A stretch of 64,000 nt of DNA from Bacteroidota bacterium. Its GTDB lineage: Bacteria; Bacteroidota; Bacteroidia; Bacteroidales; UBA7960. Numbering within the stretch: position 1 is the stretch's first letter; each line of letters starts with the position of its first letter. The stretch covers positions 11,502-75,501 of the forward strand of contig JBBISA010000011.1 in NCBI GenBank assembly GCA_037441525.1. Reading direction: 5' to 3'. The translations under genes and the position numbers were made by a program. Under the pieces are notes generated by a model. It was not told the DNA's origin, did no database searches, and worked only from the letters and a program-made list of their open reading frames with translations. Positions 39,399 through 49,635 of the stretch are shown piece by piece.

Positions 39399-42300
39399 TT
39401 AGAAGTAATATCGGCCACCAATTTGCAATTGCCAGGGTGTCCCACCTGGAAACGCAACACCAACATTGGGGTTGATTTGGTAATTGTATCGCCTTGTGGT
39501 TGGGTTAAAACCTCTAATGGTTTGAAGATTCTGATGACCAAGAGCTTTGTTTGAGCCCCACTCTTTGTTTATCAGGTTTGCCACATTGAAAAGATCGGCG
39601 GTAAGTTCAAAACCACTGTTGTTGGTGAATTTGAACTTTTTTGCCAGGCGAATATCCCAGGTTCCATAGAAACCATTAACCCCACCATTTCTCTCGGCAA
39701 TTTTGCCCAGATTGGCCCTTATGTAGTCTGCAGCAAGGTTATCGGGGTTGTTCAAAACACTTCTCATGGCTTCGGCAATTGTGGGGTCGGTGGCGGCATT
39801 GTCGGGATCGAAAACAAAAGCAATATCGTTTGAGTTTACAAAGTCGCCATTTACATTTCCGCTCACCCTGAGGGTATAGCGGGTACCGCCCATACCAGAA
39901 TAGCGTACACCCACCACAATGCCATAAAAGCTTGGCAAGGTACCAAAGGCAACCACTTTATTTCTGAAATGGTTATTGGAGTAGGTCATTTGAGACAAGT
40001 CGCGCGGATCATCAACAACCATTTGAAACAGGGTGGCGCTGTTTGCTACGTTGCCATTGTATGAAGTGTTGTCTTTGGTATCATTCCAGGTATAGCTCAT
40101 AGTAAGTTGCCCATCTTTAAAATAACGCACCGAAGCATCGGCAATAAAGGTGTATGAATCTATTTTTCCTTCGCTCACAAGCTCAAGCACACGGCCCACA
40201 CTTGTAGTTTTCCTTCCAGCACGCCAGTTTACAGAACCATTGGATGCTGTGATGGCCGATACAGGGACAAAAACACCACGATTGGCCTCATTATCAATAC
40301 GGAAGAAGGGCTCATCAACCATATTTGCATCAATATACATATAGTTATTTCGGGCAAAGGCGGCAATAAAATTTGCCCCAATCCGTAGCCTGTTTCCAAT
40401 AAATTTATTGTAAGAAACATTCCCTTTATAAACAGTTGGAACCTTCAGATTTTCATTATTCATGTTGATGGTAGCCACTTTGGCAATCCCGGGAAGATTG
40501 AATAATTCGATTCCTGGCGCAGATGCCGGATTGTTGCGGTAGGCTACAAAATCGGGAGTGGGTACCTGGTTGCCGCGCAAGTCAACGGCAAATATTTTTG
40601 TGCCATCAAACTGAAGGTTGTTAACCATAGTGTAGTTGTTGAGTGCAGAGCCAAATATTCCACCACCAATTTTTATCAGATCGGTTTGTTTATCATTTAT
40701 ATCCCAGGTAAATTGTAATCTGGGCTGTAGCTGAAACCCTTTTGCGCCATTATCAGTTTTTAGGCCTAACTCATCAAAAACCAACTGGTTAAAATTGGGA
40801 AAATTAAAATATGAGGTATAGTCGGCACGCAAGCCAACGGTTAAATCCATACCGCGATAGGGATTAAACTGGGCTTCGCCATAGATACCTGAGCCCAGGA
40901 TGTACTGATTTACAGTAGGGTCTTCAAAGGCAACTTCTCTCTGGTAATTGAAAGCTACTTTGTTGTTGAAGTTATTCAACCCGGTAAAGAAAAAGCGGCC
41001 ATTCATTTCGCTTGTTGCCAATGAACTAAGATAATTGAGCAATACATCAGCACCAAAGGTGAATTTTACAGCGCCAGCATCGTAATAAAGATTATTTACC
41101 AGCTGAAATACATTTGCTTCAAATGTTTCGGGCAAATAGCGCTGTCCGCCAAGCTGAATTGTTGTATTTACAGACTTTCCGTCTACCTGCGACTCAACGT
41201 TTTGCACAATGGCTCTTGGAATATTTGAGGATGGTAATTGCTCGCTGGGTCTGCCATCATCGAGGGTATAGAGATATTGAAATTTCAACTCATTGGTCAT
41301 GCGGGTACCTAAAATAGACCTGAGGGATGCCAGCAAACTGTTGGCCATGGATAGGTGAGTTCCATATACTTCGTAAAGGTTTACAGCACTGTTGTCGTCA
41401 ACACCCTGGTTGTTTTTGTCCCAGGTAAAGTTGTTTCTGATGGCGAGAAGGTTGGTAGGATTTATTTGCCAGTCGCCACGCGCAAAAAATGAATGGGTAA
41501 ATCGTCTTTTATCGAAACTGCCGGTTTGGGGTGATTGGGCTACCCCATATTTATCGCGTGCAATTTGCAGGTATCTGTCGAGTGATGTCTGAGAAAGATT
41601 GTACCTATTTTCGTCTTCAACTGTTCTAATATCGGCAATAAAAAGCGGGCGCGCATCGTACTGTCCATCGTAAGTAATAAAAAAGTGCGCCCTGTCTTTT
41701 ACAATCGGGCCTCCTATGGAAAACCCAAATTGTTGAACAGCAAATTCATCATCGCGCTTATTTCCGCGCATATCGTATTGGCTCGAAAGCCAGTTGGCTC
41801 TGTTGTAGAGAAATGCCGACCCACTAAGATTGTTAGTCCCCGATTTTGTAACAGCGCTAACAATACCGCCACCACTGCGACCATTGATTACACTATAGTC
41901 GTTGGTAACAACCTCAAATTCTCTGATGGCTTCAATAGAGATTGAGAATGGCCCCCGGTTGGTAGTACCGCTCGAAAGTGGGCTGCGATTGGTCATACCA
42001 TCAATAACATAATTGGTTGAAGAAAACAACTGCCCCAAAAGATTACTTCCACGGCTTACAGGCGAAAGGTCAACCAGGGTGGTAAAATTCCGGCCATTTA
42101 CAGGTAGAGTTGAAAGATCATTGGCCGATACAGAGGTAGCTGCGCCCATGCGGTCTTTCTGACTGATAAGGGGATTGGCTGCAACCGTTATCTCTTGCAA
42201 GGTTTGAGCAGCATCTTCCAGAAGAAAGTCCACACGAAGTAAATCGCCCTGATTAAGACTATACCCTGTGGCTCTTTGACTCCCAAATCCTAAATAAGAA

Positions 42301-42539
42301 ACAGTTACTGAGTAGTTTTCGCCCAGGGGCAATTGTTGGAAAATGTACGATCCATTCACTAAAGTGGTGGTTCCGATAGAAAAACCTGTTGACTCATTTC
42401 TGATAACAACGGTCGCTCCGGGGAGCGGAGAGCCGGATTTGTCGCGCACAAAACCTGTAATGATAGCGTTTGTGCGGTGGGCAATTAATTGCCCGTAAAA
42501 CAGGGCAAGCATAAGTCCAAAAAGTATAATTCTTTTCAT
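39399..42539 (-). CDS. TonB-dependent receptor, Oar-like, with carboxypeptidase-regulatory-like N-domain
   Basis: ITGFVRDKSGSPLPGATV, LPVNGRNF, SIEAIREFEV..TKSGTN, QFGFSIGGPIVKD, QPRL, C-terminal QIGGRYYF. Start chosen at MKRIILF. Confidence 0.92.
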   Translation of the reverse strand: MKRIILFGLMLALFYGQLIAHRTNAIITGFVRDKSGSPLPGATVVIRNESTGFSIGTTTLVNGSYIFQQLPLGENYSVTVSYLGFGSQRATGYSLNQGDLLRVDFLLEDAAQTLQEITVAANPLISQKDRMGAATSVSANDLSTLPVNGRNFTTLVDLSPVSRGSNLLGQLFSSTNYVIDGMTNRSPLSSGTTNRGPFSISIEAIREFEVVTNDYSVINGRSGGGIVSAVTKSGTNNLSGSAFLYNRANWLSSQYDMRGNKRDDEFAVQQFGFSIGGPIVKDRAHFFITYDGQYDARPLFIADIRTVEDENRYNLSQTSLDRYLQIARDKYGVAQSPQTGSFDKRRFTHSFFARGDWQINPTNLLAIRNNFTWDKNNQGVDDNSAVNLYEVYGTHLSMANSLLASLRSILGTRMTNELKFQYLYTLDDGRPSEQLPSSNIPRAIVQNVESQVDGKSVNTTIQLGGQRYLPETFEANVFQLVNNLYYDAGAVKFTFGADVLLNYLSSLATSEMNGRFFFTGLNNFNNKVAFNYQREVAFEDPTVNQYILGSGIYGEAQFNPYRGMDLTVGLRADYTSYFNFPNFNQLVFDELGLKTDNGAKGFQLQPRLQFTWDINDKQTDLIKIGGGIFGSALNNYTMVNNLQFDGTKIFAVDLRGNQVPTPDFVAYRNNPASAPGIELFNLPGIAKVATINMNNENLKVPTVYKGNVSYNKFIGNRLRIGANFIAAFARNNYMYIDANMVDEPFFRIDNEANRGVFVPVSAITASNGSVNWRAGRKTTSVGRVLELVSEGKIDSYTFIADASVRYFKDGQLTMSYTWNDTKDNTSYNGNVANSATLFQMVVDDPRDLSQMTYSNNHFRNKVVAFGTLPSFYGIVVGVRYSGMGGTRYTLRVSGNVNGDFVNSNDIAFVFDPDNAATDPTIAEAMRSVLNNPDNLAADYIRANLGKIAERNGGVNGFYGTWDIRLAKKFKFTNNSGFELTADLFNVANLINKEWGSNKALGHQNLQTIRGFNPTTRRYNYQINPNVGVAFPGGTPWQLQIGGRYYF

Positions 42540-42655
42540 GATTGTTCGGTTAAAATTGTTTCGTTTTTGTTTTGAATACATTGCGGCTGGAAACATACAA
42601 TCAGGTCTGAAGAGTATATTTTCAGCTAAAACCGATGTAAAATTGATCCTTTTGC

Positions 42656-42703
42656 CTTATGTAACTGTTAAATGAAAATTATCAATCCATTATGATACCC
42701 TTA
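42656..42703 (-). promoter_or_regulatory. Five 11-bp-phased TAA(N) boxes, PhoB/OmpR-type binding array
   Basis: Plus-strand TTA begins at 42657, 42668, 42679, 42690 and 42701. Minus strand: taagggtatca taatggattga taattttcatt taacagttaca taag. Confidence 0.55.
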
Positions 42704-43137
42704 CCCCATATTCATAAATAAAAACTCCATAATTAAACATATCAGCCACTTACATTGGCGCGGCAAATTAATTTTTTGTTATCAAGTTATCTAACTTTAA
42801 AATAAAGTAAAATGATGCCGTTAAAGAAGGGTTAGACTTAAGCAAATATTTTCAAGAATTGTCATCGGATGAGCCATTTTTTAAGCCATCATATTAACAA
42901 AGTATATACAACCCCAAAAAAAGGCAACCGCAAATAGCTGCCTCATACTCAATAAATAACTCACAATCTGTTTATTACATTTTAAAAAAGGGCCTGACCG
43001 ATGCATGGTGGCTGGGGCTGCGTTACTGGCTGAGAATCGGTAAATTGGAAACTTCATTACATTTACCATTCATTAACAACCTGAACAGTTGTAAACTTCA
43101 TTTGGGCACAATCAATAAAAACTTCACAAGGATAGCT

Positions 43138-46100
43138 ATGAATAATCAGGTAAAAAAGGTTGAAATGGAAATGGTGGAGCTTAACGGCGAAAGCCACATT
43201 AAAATAAGCAATCACAATATTATGCGTCCATTCTTTATGAGCATTGTTAGCGATGCCAATCACTGGATGTTTATTTCGTCGAATGGTGGGCTTTCGGCTG
43301 GTCGCAAAAATCCTGAGTACGCTCTGTTTCCCTACTATACCGATGATAAAATCACCGAATCGGCCGATATTACAGGGAGCAAAACCATTTTTCAGGTTCG
43401 CAACGGAGAAAACATAAGTATATGGGAGCCCTTTTCTGAAAGGTATACCGGAAAGTACAACCTTGCCCGAAATCTTTACAAAAGTATCTACGGCAACAAA
43501 GTTACCTTTGAAGAGATCAACCACGACCTGAAACTTACCTTCAGATATCAATGGAATTCGGGGAAGGAATTTGGGTTTATCAGAAAAGCAGAGTTGATCA
43601 ACAACGGCGATAATGATTGCCTGTTAACCGTTCTTGACGGTATTCAGAACATAATGCCCAGCGGTGTGCCCAGCGATCTGCAACGTGCCACCAGCAATCT
43701 GGTTGATGCCTATAAAAGAAGCGAGCTTGAGCCGGATTCGGGGATGGGAATCTTTGCCCTGAGCGCCATTATTGTTGATAAGGCAGAACCCAGCGAAGCA
43801 CTTAAAGCAAATATTGCCTGGGCAACAGGTCTCGAAAATCCGGTTTGCCTGCTATCATCCCTGCAGCTGAATAACTTCAGAAACAAGCAAAATATTAACG
43901 CTGAACAGGATATTAAAGGCGAAAAAGGAGCTTACTTTGTTTGCGCCAGATTCTTGTTGCCTTCAAAAAAAGAAAAAAAATGGATGGTTGTGGCAAATGT
44001 TAACCAAAGTCACAGCCAAATCATTCGTCTTATAAATACTCTGCAGGAAGATAAAACCATCCAGAAGGCAATCGAAAAAGACATCAATTCAGGCACCGAA
44101 AGTCTTAAAAAACTGGTTGCAGCTGCCGACGGGTTTCAGTCTACTGCCGATAAACTGAAAGATACCCGCCATTATTCCAATGTATTGTTCAACATAATGC
44201 GAGGTGGTATTTTTGATGATAATTATCAGATTAAGAAGTCAGATTTCGCCATTTATCTATCTAAGGCCAACAAAGAAATTGCCGCCCGCAACCAGGGGTT
44301 TATAAGCCAACTTACTCCTGCTTTCAGCCTTTCCTCGTTAAAAGAACAGCTCACCCAAACAGAAGATGCCGGTCTTATCAGGCTTTGCATCGAATATCTG
44401 CCCCTTAAGTTTAGCCGCAGACATGGCGACCCCAGCCGCCCCTGGAATTACTTTACCATCAACCTGCAAAACGAAACCGATGGATCGGAAATACTTGATT
44501 ACGAAGGCAACTGGCGCGACCTGTTTCAGAACTGGGAAGCTCTGGCACATTCCTATCCGGAGTTTATCGAAGGGATGATCTTCAAATTCCTGAATGCCAC
44601 CACATTCGATGGTTATAACCCCTACAGGGTCACCAAGGGGGGGTTCGACTGGGAAACCATTGAACCCGACAACCCCTGGTCGTACATTGGTTACTGGGGC
44701 GACCACCAAATTATTTATCTGCAAAAATTCTTCGAAATCATTGAAAAACATCACCCTGGAACCCTGCAATCACTTTTTGGCAGGGAATGGTTTGTTTATG
44801 CTGCTGTTCCCTATACCATTAAACCATACGACCAAATCCTGAAAAACCCAAAGGACACCATTGAATTCGACCACCATTGGGATATAACCCTTCAGAAACG
44901 GCGCAACGAACTGGGAGCTGATGGAGCTTTGCTCACCCGTGGGAACAACGAAATCTACAGGGTAAATTTCCTGGAAAAAATACTGGCAACAGTACTTACC
45001 AAAATGTCAAACTTTATTCCTGAAACAGGCATCTGGCTCAATACCCAGCGACCTGAGTGGAACGATGCCAACAACGCTCTGGTAGGCAATGGAGTATCGA
45101 TGGTAACACTATACTATCTGCACCGTTTCCTGAAATTTTTCCATTCGGCTCTGCAAAAAACTGAACTGGATGAGGTACACCTTTCGGGAGAAATGTCAGG
45201 GTACTTCCTCAGAATAAAGGAAACCTTTGATGAGTTCAACCATTTATTGGCTGGCCCTATAAGCAATAAAAACAGAAAGATAATACTCGATCGGATCGGA
45301 ACAGCCGCATCTGAATACAGACACCATATTTACAAAAATGGGTTTAGCGGCCAAAAAAAGGGTATTCCTGTTGATGAGATTAAACATTTTACTCGTTGTG
45401 CCCTCGACTTTATTGAACATTCTATCCGTTCCAACAAAAGGGCCGATAACCTTTACCATGCTTACAACCTTATGACCGTAAGCGAAAGTGAAGTTTCGTG
45501 CTCACATCTCAGCGAAATGCTCGAAGGGCAGGTAGCAGTGCTCAGTTCGGGATACCTCAGCCCTGAAGAGTCTCTTGAAGTTTTGGATGCACTGAAAAGT
45601 AGCGCATTATACCGTCACGATCAAAACAGCTATATTCTATATCCCAATAAAAAGTTGCCGGGATTTTTACAGAAAAATAGTATCGACGAAGCCGATGCCC
45701 GGTCGTCAGAACTGATTAACAAGCTGGTAGCTGATGAAAACCGCGAAATAGTAGAACAGGACATTAATGGTGGATACCATTTTAACGGCAATTTTAAAAA
45801 TGCCCGCGACCTCGAAAACGCCCTGGGCAAAATGGCAGAAGGAAAATATAAAGAGCTGATTGCAAAAGACCGAAAACTTTTGCTCGCCATTTTCGAAAAG
45901 GTATTCGACCACAAATCCTTTACCGGCAGGTCGGGCACCTTTTACTCCTACGAAGGGTTGGGTTCCATTTACTGGCACATGGTTTCGAAACTGTCGCTCG
46001 CTGCGCAGGAGTGTTGCCTGCAAGCCCTTGAGCAAAAGGCACATCCTTCCGTTGTCAGTAGACTTTTTGGCCATTTTTATCAGATCCAAGCCGGAATTGG

Positions 46101-46569
46101 GGTGCATAAATCGCCCGATCTCTATGGCGCCTTCCCCACCGACCCCTATTCGCACACCCCGCAACACCGTGGAGCTCAGCAACCCGGAATGACGGGTCAG
46201 GTAAAAGAAGATATCCTTACCCGGTTTGCAGAACTGGGAGTTTTTGTTGATAATGGTCATATCCTGTTCAATCCCCACCTTTTAAGGAAAGACGAGCTGG
46301 TGAGAAATCATCACAATTTTGAATATATCGATGTGAAAGGCAATGAAAAGCAAATAATTCTTAGCCCCGGCCAGCTTGCGTTTACCTATTGCTCAGTGCC
46401 TGTGGTTTATTCATTGTCAGCAGTCCCGAAAATTGTGGTGAATTATTCCAACAGAAACGCCGAAGAACTGACCGGCAACCAGTTAACCTTTCCAATAAGC
46501 AGACAGATTTTCAATAGAACCGGGGAAATTGAAAAGGTTGAAGTTTCATTAACCCAAATTACACATTAG
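43138..46569 (+). CDS. GH149-like beta-1,3-glucan phosphorylase (cytoplasmic)
   Basis: About 1140 aa, no signal peptide. Motifs FSRRHGDPSRPWN, YEGNWRDLFQNWEAL, QRPEWNDANNALVG, YEGLGSIYWHMVSKL, DPYSHTP..AQQPGMTGQVKE. Laminarin-type neighbours. Start placed at MNNQVKK. Confidence 0.8.
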   Translation: MNNQVKKVEMEMVELNGESHIKISNHNIMRPFFMSIVSDANHWMFISSNGGLSAGRKNPEYALFPYYTDDKITESADITGSKTIFQVRNGENISIWEPFSERYTGKYNLARNLYKSIYGNKVTFEEINHDLKLTFRYQWNSGKEFGFIRKAELINNGDNDCLLTVLDGIQNIMPSGVPSDLQRATSNLVDAYKRSELEPDSGMGIFALSAIIVDKAEPSEALKANIAWATGLENPVCLLSSLQLNNFRNKQNINAEQDIKGEKGAYFVCARFLLPSKKEKKWMVVANVNQSHSQIIRLINTLQEDKTIQKAIEKDINSGTESLKKLVAAADGFQSTADKLKDTRHYSNVLFNIMRGGIFDDNYQIKKSDFAIYLSKANKEIAARNQGFISQLTPAFSLSSLKEQLTQTEDAGLIRLCIEYLPLKFSRRHGDPSRPWNYFTINLQNETDGSEILDYEGNWRDLFQNWEALAHSYPEFIEGMIFKFLNATTFDGYNPYRVTKGGFDWETIEPDNPWSYIGYWGDHQIIYLQKFFEIIEKHHPGTLQSLFGREWFVYAAVPYTIKPYDQILKNPKDTIEFDHHWDITLQKRRNELGADGALLTRGNNEIYRVNFLEKILATVLTKMSNFIPETGIWLNTQRPEWNDANNALVGNGVSMVTLYYLHRFLKFFHSALQKTELDEVHLSGEMSGYFLRIKETFDEFNHLLAGPISNKNRKIILDRIGTAASEYRHHIYKNGFSGQKKGIPVDEIKHFTRCALDFIEHSIRSNKRADNLYHAYNLMTVSESEVSCSHLSEMLEGQVAVLSSGYLSPEESLEVLDALKSSALYRHDQNSYILYPNKKLPGFLQKNSIDEADARSSELINKLVADENREIVEQDINGGYHFNGNFKNARDLENALGKMAEGKYKELIAKDRKLLLAIFEKVFDHKSFTGRSGTFYSYEGLGSIYWHMVSKLSLAAQECCLQALEQKAHPSVVSRLFGHFYQIQAGIGVHKSPDLYGAFPTDPYSHTPQHRGAQQPGMTGQVKEDILTRFAELGVFVDNGHILFNPHLLRKDELVRNHHNFEYIDVKGNEKQIILSPGQLAFTYCSVPVVYSLSAVPKIVVNYSNRNAEELTGNQLTFPISRQIFNRTGEIEKVEVSLTQITH

Positions 46570-46721
46570 AAATTCGTAAATATTTAGGAACATGAAAAAT
46601 CAATCCATTCACCCGGTATTAAAACAACTTCCTAATCGGGATGAACCAAGGTAAATAGTGTGGGTATAAAGTTCTTCTAAGGCTTAATAAAGGAATTATA
46701 AAATCTAAAACCACAAACAAA

Positions 46722-48077
46722 ATGAACAACAACACAACAAATCTTTCAGTGAAGGAAAAGATTGGTTACGGGCTGGGCGATACTGCATCGCACTTTGTAT
46801 GGGATATGGTAGGATTCTGGATACTGATCTTTTACACCGACACCTTTGGTCTTTCAGCTGCTGCTGCCGGCACCATTCTGCTAATAGCACGTTTCTGGGA
46901 CATGGTCAGCGACCCCCTGATGGGAATCATTGCCGATCGCACCAACACCCGCTGGGGGAAATTCCGCCCCTATCTGCTCTGGATGGCACTACCCTACAGT
47001 ATTCTGGCAGTACTCACATTCTCAACACCCAACCTGGGCCCTACCGGAAAGGTGATCTACGCCGGGGTAACCTATTTTCTGCTTATGACGGCCTATACCG
47101 CAATAAACCTCCCCTACTCATCCTTAGGCGCAGTTATGACCTCCGACTCCTACGAAAGGGCCGGACTGAACTCCTACCGTTTCATTTTCGCCTTTGCTGG
47201 CCAGTTTATCGTAACGGGTTCGGCCCTTTACCTGGCAACTTATTTCGGCAGAGGAGATATGGCAACCGGGTATCAGTATACCCTTACCCTGTTTGCGCTA
47301 ATAAGTTTCATTCTATTCATGGTAACCTTTAATACCACCCGCGAGAGGGTTGCCCCTGCCCCTGCCCAGCAAAACAACCTGAAAGAAGACCTTAGAAACC
47401 TTTTCAGAAACCGCCCCTGGGTTATCCTTTTCCTTGTGGGGATTATCTCATTTATCATGTTCGCCCTGCAAAACCTCTCCATTGCCTATTACTTCAAATA
47501 CTATGTGGGCAAAGAACAAAGTGTGCAATTATTTAATGTTATTGGTACCGTGGCCCTTATAGCAGGTATCCCTTTTTCTAAGCCTCTGGCAAAACGATTT
47601 GGAAAGCGGGAAGTTTTCATGGCAAGTTCACTATTATCAGGCTTTTTCTTCATAATGCTTTATTTGCCCGAAAGCGAAAATCTGTTTTCGGTTTACATCT
47701 TTAATATTCTTGCCAAATTCACCTACGCTCCGGCAGTACCATTATTATGGACCATGCTTGCCGATACCGCCGATTTCTCTGAATGGAAATTTCATCGCCG
47801 GGCCACCGGTCTGGTATTTTCTGCTGCCACCTTTGCGCAAAAAGCCGGATGGGGTATCGGTGGTGCATTGGCAGGATGGCTGCTGGCAATATTTAAGTTT
47901 GTTCCCAATGCCGAAGTTCAAACAGAAACTTCTCTCACAGGCATTAAGCTCCTGATTTCGGTAATCCCAGGAATTCTCTATATGTCGTGCGCAATTTTAC
48001 TTTACTTCTATGCCCTCGATAAAAAAACCTGCCTTGAGATGGAGAAAGACCTTGAGCAACGCAGGGCACAGTTCTAA
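46722..48077 (+). CDS. MFS glycoside-pentoside-hexuronide (GPH) sugar transporter
   Basis: KEKIGYGLGD, DPLMGIIADRTNTRWGKFRPY, NLPYSSL, MLADTAD. Confidence 0.92.
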   Translation: MNNNTTNLSVKEKIGYGLGDTASHFVWDMVGFWILIFYTDTFGLSAAAAGTILLIARFWDMVSDPLMGIIADRTNTRWGKFRPYLLWMALPYSILAVLTFSTPNLGPTGKVIYAGVTYFLLMTAYTAINLPYSSLGAVMTSDSYERAGLNSYRFIFAFAGQFIVTGSALYLATYFGRGDMATGYQYTLTLFALISFILFMVTFNTTRERVAPAPAQQNNLKEDLRNLFRNRPWVILFLVGIISFIMFALQNLSIAYYFKYYVGKEQSVQLFNVIGTVALIAGIPFSKPLAKRFGKREVFMASSLLSGFFFIMLYLPESENLFSVYIFNILAKFTYAPAVPLLWTMLADTADFSEWKFHRRATGLVFSAATFAQKAGWGIGGALAGWLLAIFKFVPNAEVQTETSLTGIKLLISVIPGILYMSCAILLYFYALDKKTCLEMEKDLEQRRAQF

Positions 48078-48128
48078 GGATCACTTTTGCATTACAAATC
48101 AATTCTTTACCCTAAAAATAATCAAACC

Positions 48129-49382
48129 ATGAGGCGAATTATCAAACTTGCACTAACATTGTTGATGGGGATTTTGGTTTTCTCATGCACAACCGTTCAG
48201 AAACCATCAGAAAAAACTGCCGCAGACATACTGGGCGATCCTGAATATCAGGCCATCAGTTACGGAGGATATCGTGAGAATACCAGAGATGTTCAGCCAA
48301 CCATAGCCCAGTTAAAGGAAGATATGAAAATACTGTCGGCTATGGGTATCAGGATTGTACGAACCTATAATGTGCATTTTGATGAGGCTGCCAACCTACT
48401 CCAGGCTATGCGCCAGTTAAAGGCCGATGACCCCGGATTTGAAATGTACGTTATGCTGGGCGCCTGGATTGATTGTAAAAACGCCTGGACTGACCTGCCC
48501 GACCGCATCCGCGACCAGGAAAGCGAACGCAATGCAGTTGAAATAGACAGGGCAGTGGAACTAACACAACAATATCCCGATATTGTAAAGATCATCGCCG
48601 TGGGCAATGAAGCCATGGTGCACTGGGCCTGGAATTATTATGTGGAACCAGGCATTATTCTGAAATGGGTAACTTACCTCCAGGACATGAAAAAACAGGG
48701 AAAACTCCCGGAAACACTATGGATTACAAGTTCTGACAACTTTGCATCGTGGGGTGGCGGCGGCCCCGAATATCACAAGGAAGACCTGAATAAACTCATC
48801 GAAGCTGTCGACTACATTTCCTTGCATACCTACCCCATGCACGACACCCATTACAACCCACAATTCTGGCGTATTCCTGAGGAGGAAAAAGGACTTTCAG
48901 ATATTGAAAAAATTCATGCGGCCATGGAAAGAGCAATGGAATATGCCAAATTTCAATACCAAAGTGTGGTAGAATATACAAAAAGTATTGGTGTAAATAA
49001 ACCGGTACACATTGGCGAAACCGGATGGGCAACCATATCCAACGAACATTATGGTGATGATGGTGCCCGGTCGGTCGACGAGTATAAATCTGCAATCTAC
49101 TATGGGTATATGCGCGAATGGACCAACCGCGAAAAAATAAGTTGCTTCTATTTTGAAGCCTTTGATGAAAAATGGAAAGATGCTGCCAATCCGCTGGGCT
49201 CAGAAAATCACTTCGGACTAATAAACCTGCAGGCCCAGGCTAAATTCGCCTTATGGGAGCTTGTTGATAACGGAACCTTCGATGGCCTTACTCGCGATGG
49301 GAAACCCATTACCAAAACTTTTAACGGCAATAAGCAAGCCCTTATGAAAACTGTTAAAGTTCCCCCATCCTTAACCCCCTAA
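48129..49382 (+). CDS. GH17 beta-1,3-glucanase, lipoprotein
   Basis: Lipobox VFSC; AISYGGYR, RTY, AVGNE, IGETGW, FEAFDE.WK..ENHFG. Confidence 0.88.
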   Translation: MRRIIKLALTLLMGILVFSCTTVQKPSEKTAADILGDPEYQAISYGGYRENTRDVQPTIAQLKEDMKILSAMGIRIVRTYNVHFDEAANLLQAMRQLKADDPGFEMYVMLGAWIDCKNAWTDLPDRIRDQESERNAVEIDRAVELTQQYPDIVKIIAVGNEAMVHWAWNYYVEPGIILKWVTYLQDMKKQGKLPETLWITSSDNFASWGGGGPEYHKEDLNKLIEAVDYISLHTYPMHDTHYNPQFWRIPEEEKGLSDIEKIHAAMERAMEYAKFQYQSVVEYTKSIGVNKPVHIGETGWATISNEHYGDDGARSVDEYKSAIYYGYMREWTNREKISCFYFEAFDEKWKDAANPLGSENHFGLINLQAQAKFALWELVDNGTFDGLTRDGKPITKTFNGNKQALMKTVKVPPSLTP

Positions 49383-49461
49383 TGGTATAAACAAATTATA
49401 TACAGAAAAAAATTCTCGATTAGCTCTTATATAATTCCAAAAGAGCAGTGCCACCTATTAA

Positions 49462-49475
49462 TGCAATCGTTTGCG
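49462..49475. promoter_or_regulatory. LacI-family-like operator
   Basis: TGCAATCGTTTGCG; the core GCAAnCGnTTGC is a CG-centred palindrome. Confidence 0.5.
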
Positions 49476-49513
49476 GAAGGTATTCCCTCCGTTTTAAATT
49501 CTAAAATCGGGCT

Positions 49514-49535
49514 TGTACATAATATGTATATAATA
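49514..49535 (+). promoter_or_regulatory. 11-bp tandem direct repeat, candidate activator site
   Basis: TGTACATAATA-TGTATATAATA, about 100 nt upstream of ATG 49636. Confidence 0.45.
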
Positions 49536-49635
49536 CCTGCAAGGTAAAGCTTATTACATTTAAGTGCTTGTTGCGAAACATAACATTTTCATACACGCTC
49601 AATTTGTCTAAACTCAAACCTAAAACAAGAAATTT

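Noticed and set aside
39399-42539. TonB receptor as the missing SusC of the beta-glucan locus
   Set aside because: Oar-type rather than SusC-type, no susD, divergent, and linked to a phosphoesterase and phased boxes. Not fully excluded, since it shares an intergenic region with the GH149-like gene.
43045-43137. Upstream extensions of ORF-track starts (43045, 42596, 48087, 60548, 32373, 30894)
   Set aside because: They overlap promoters, terminators or neighbouring genes, or precede better ATG/signal-peptide starts.
46606-46646. Weak hairpin after the GH149-like gene resembling the 48-bp repeat
   Set aside because: Only CCCGG and TTCCTAAT are shared; too little similarity.
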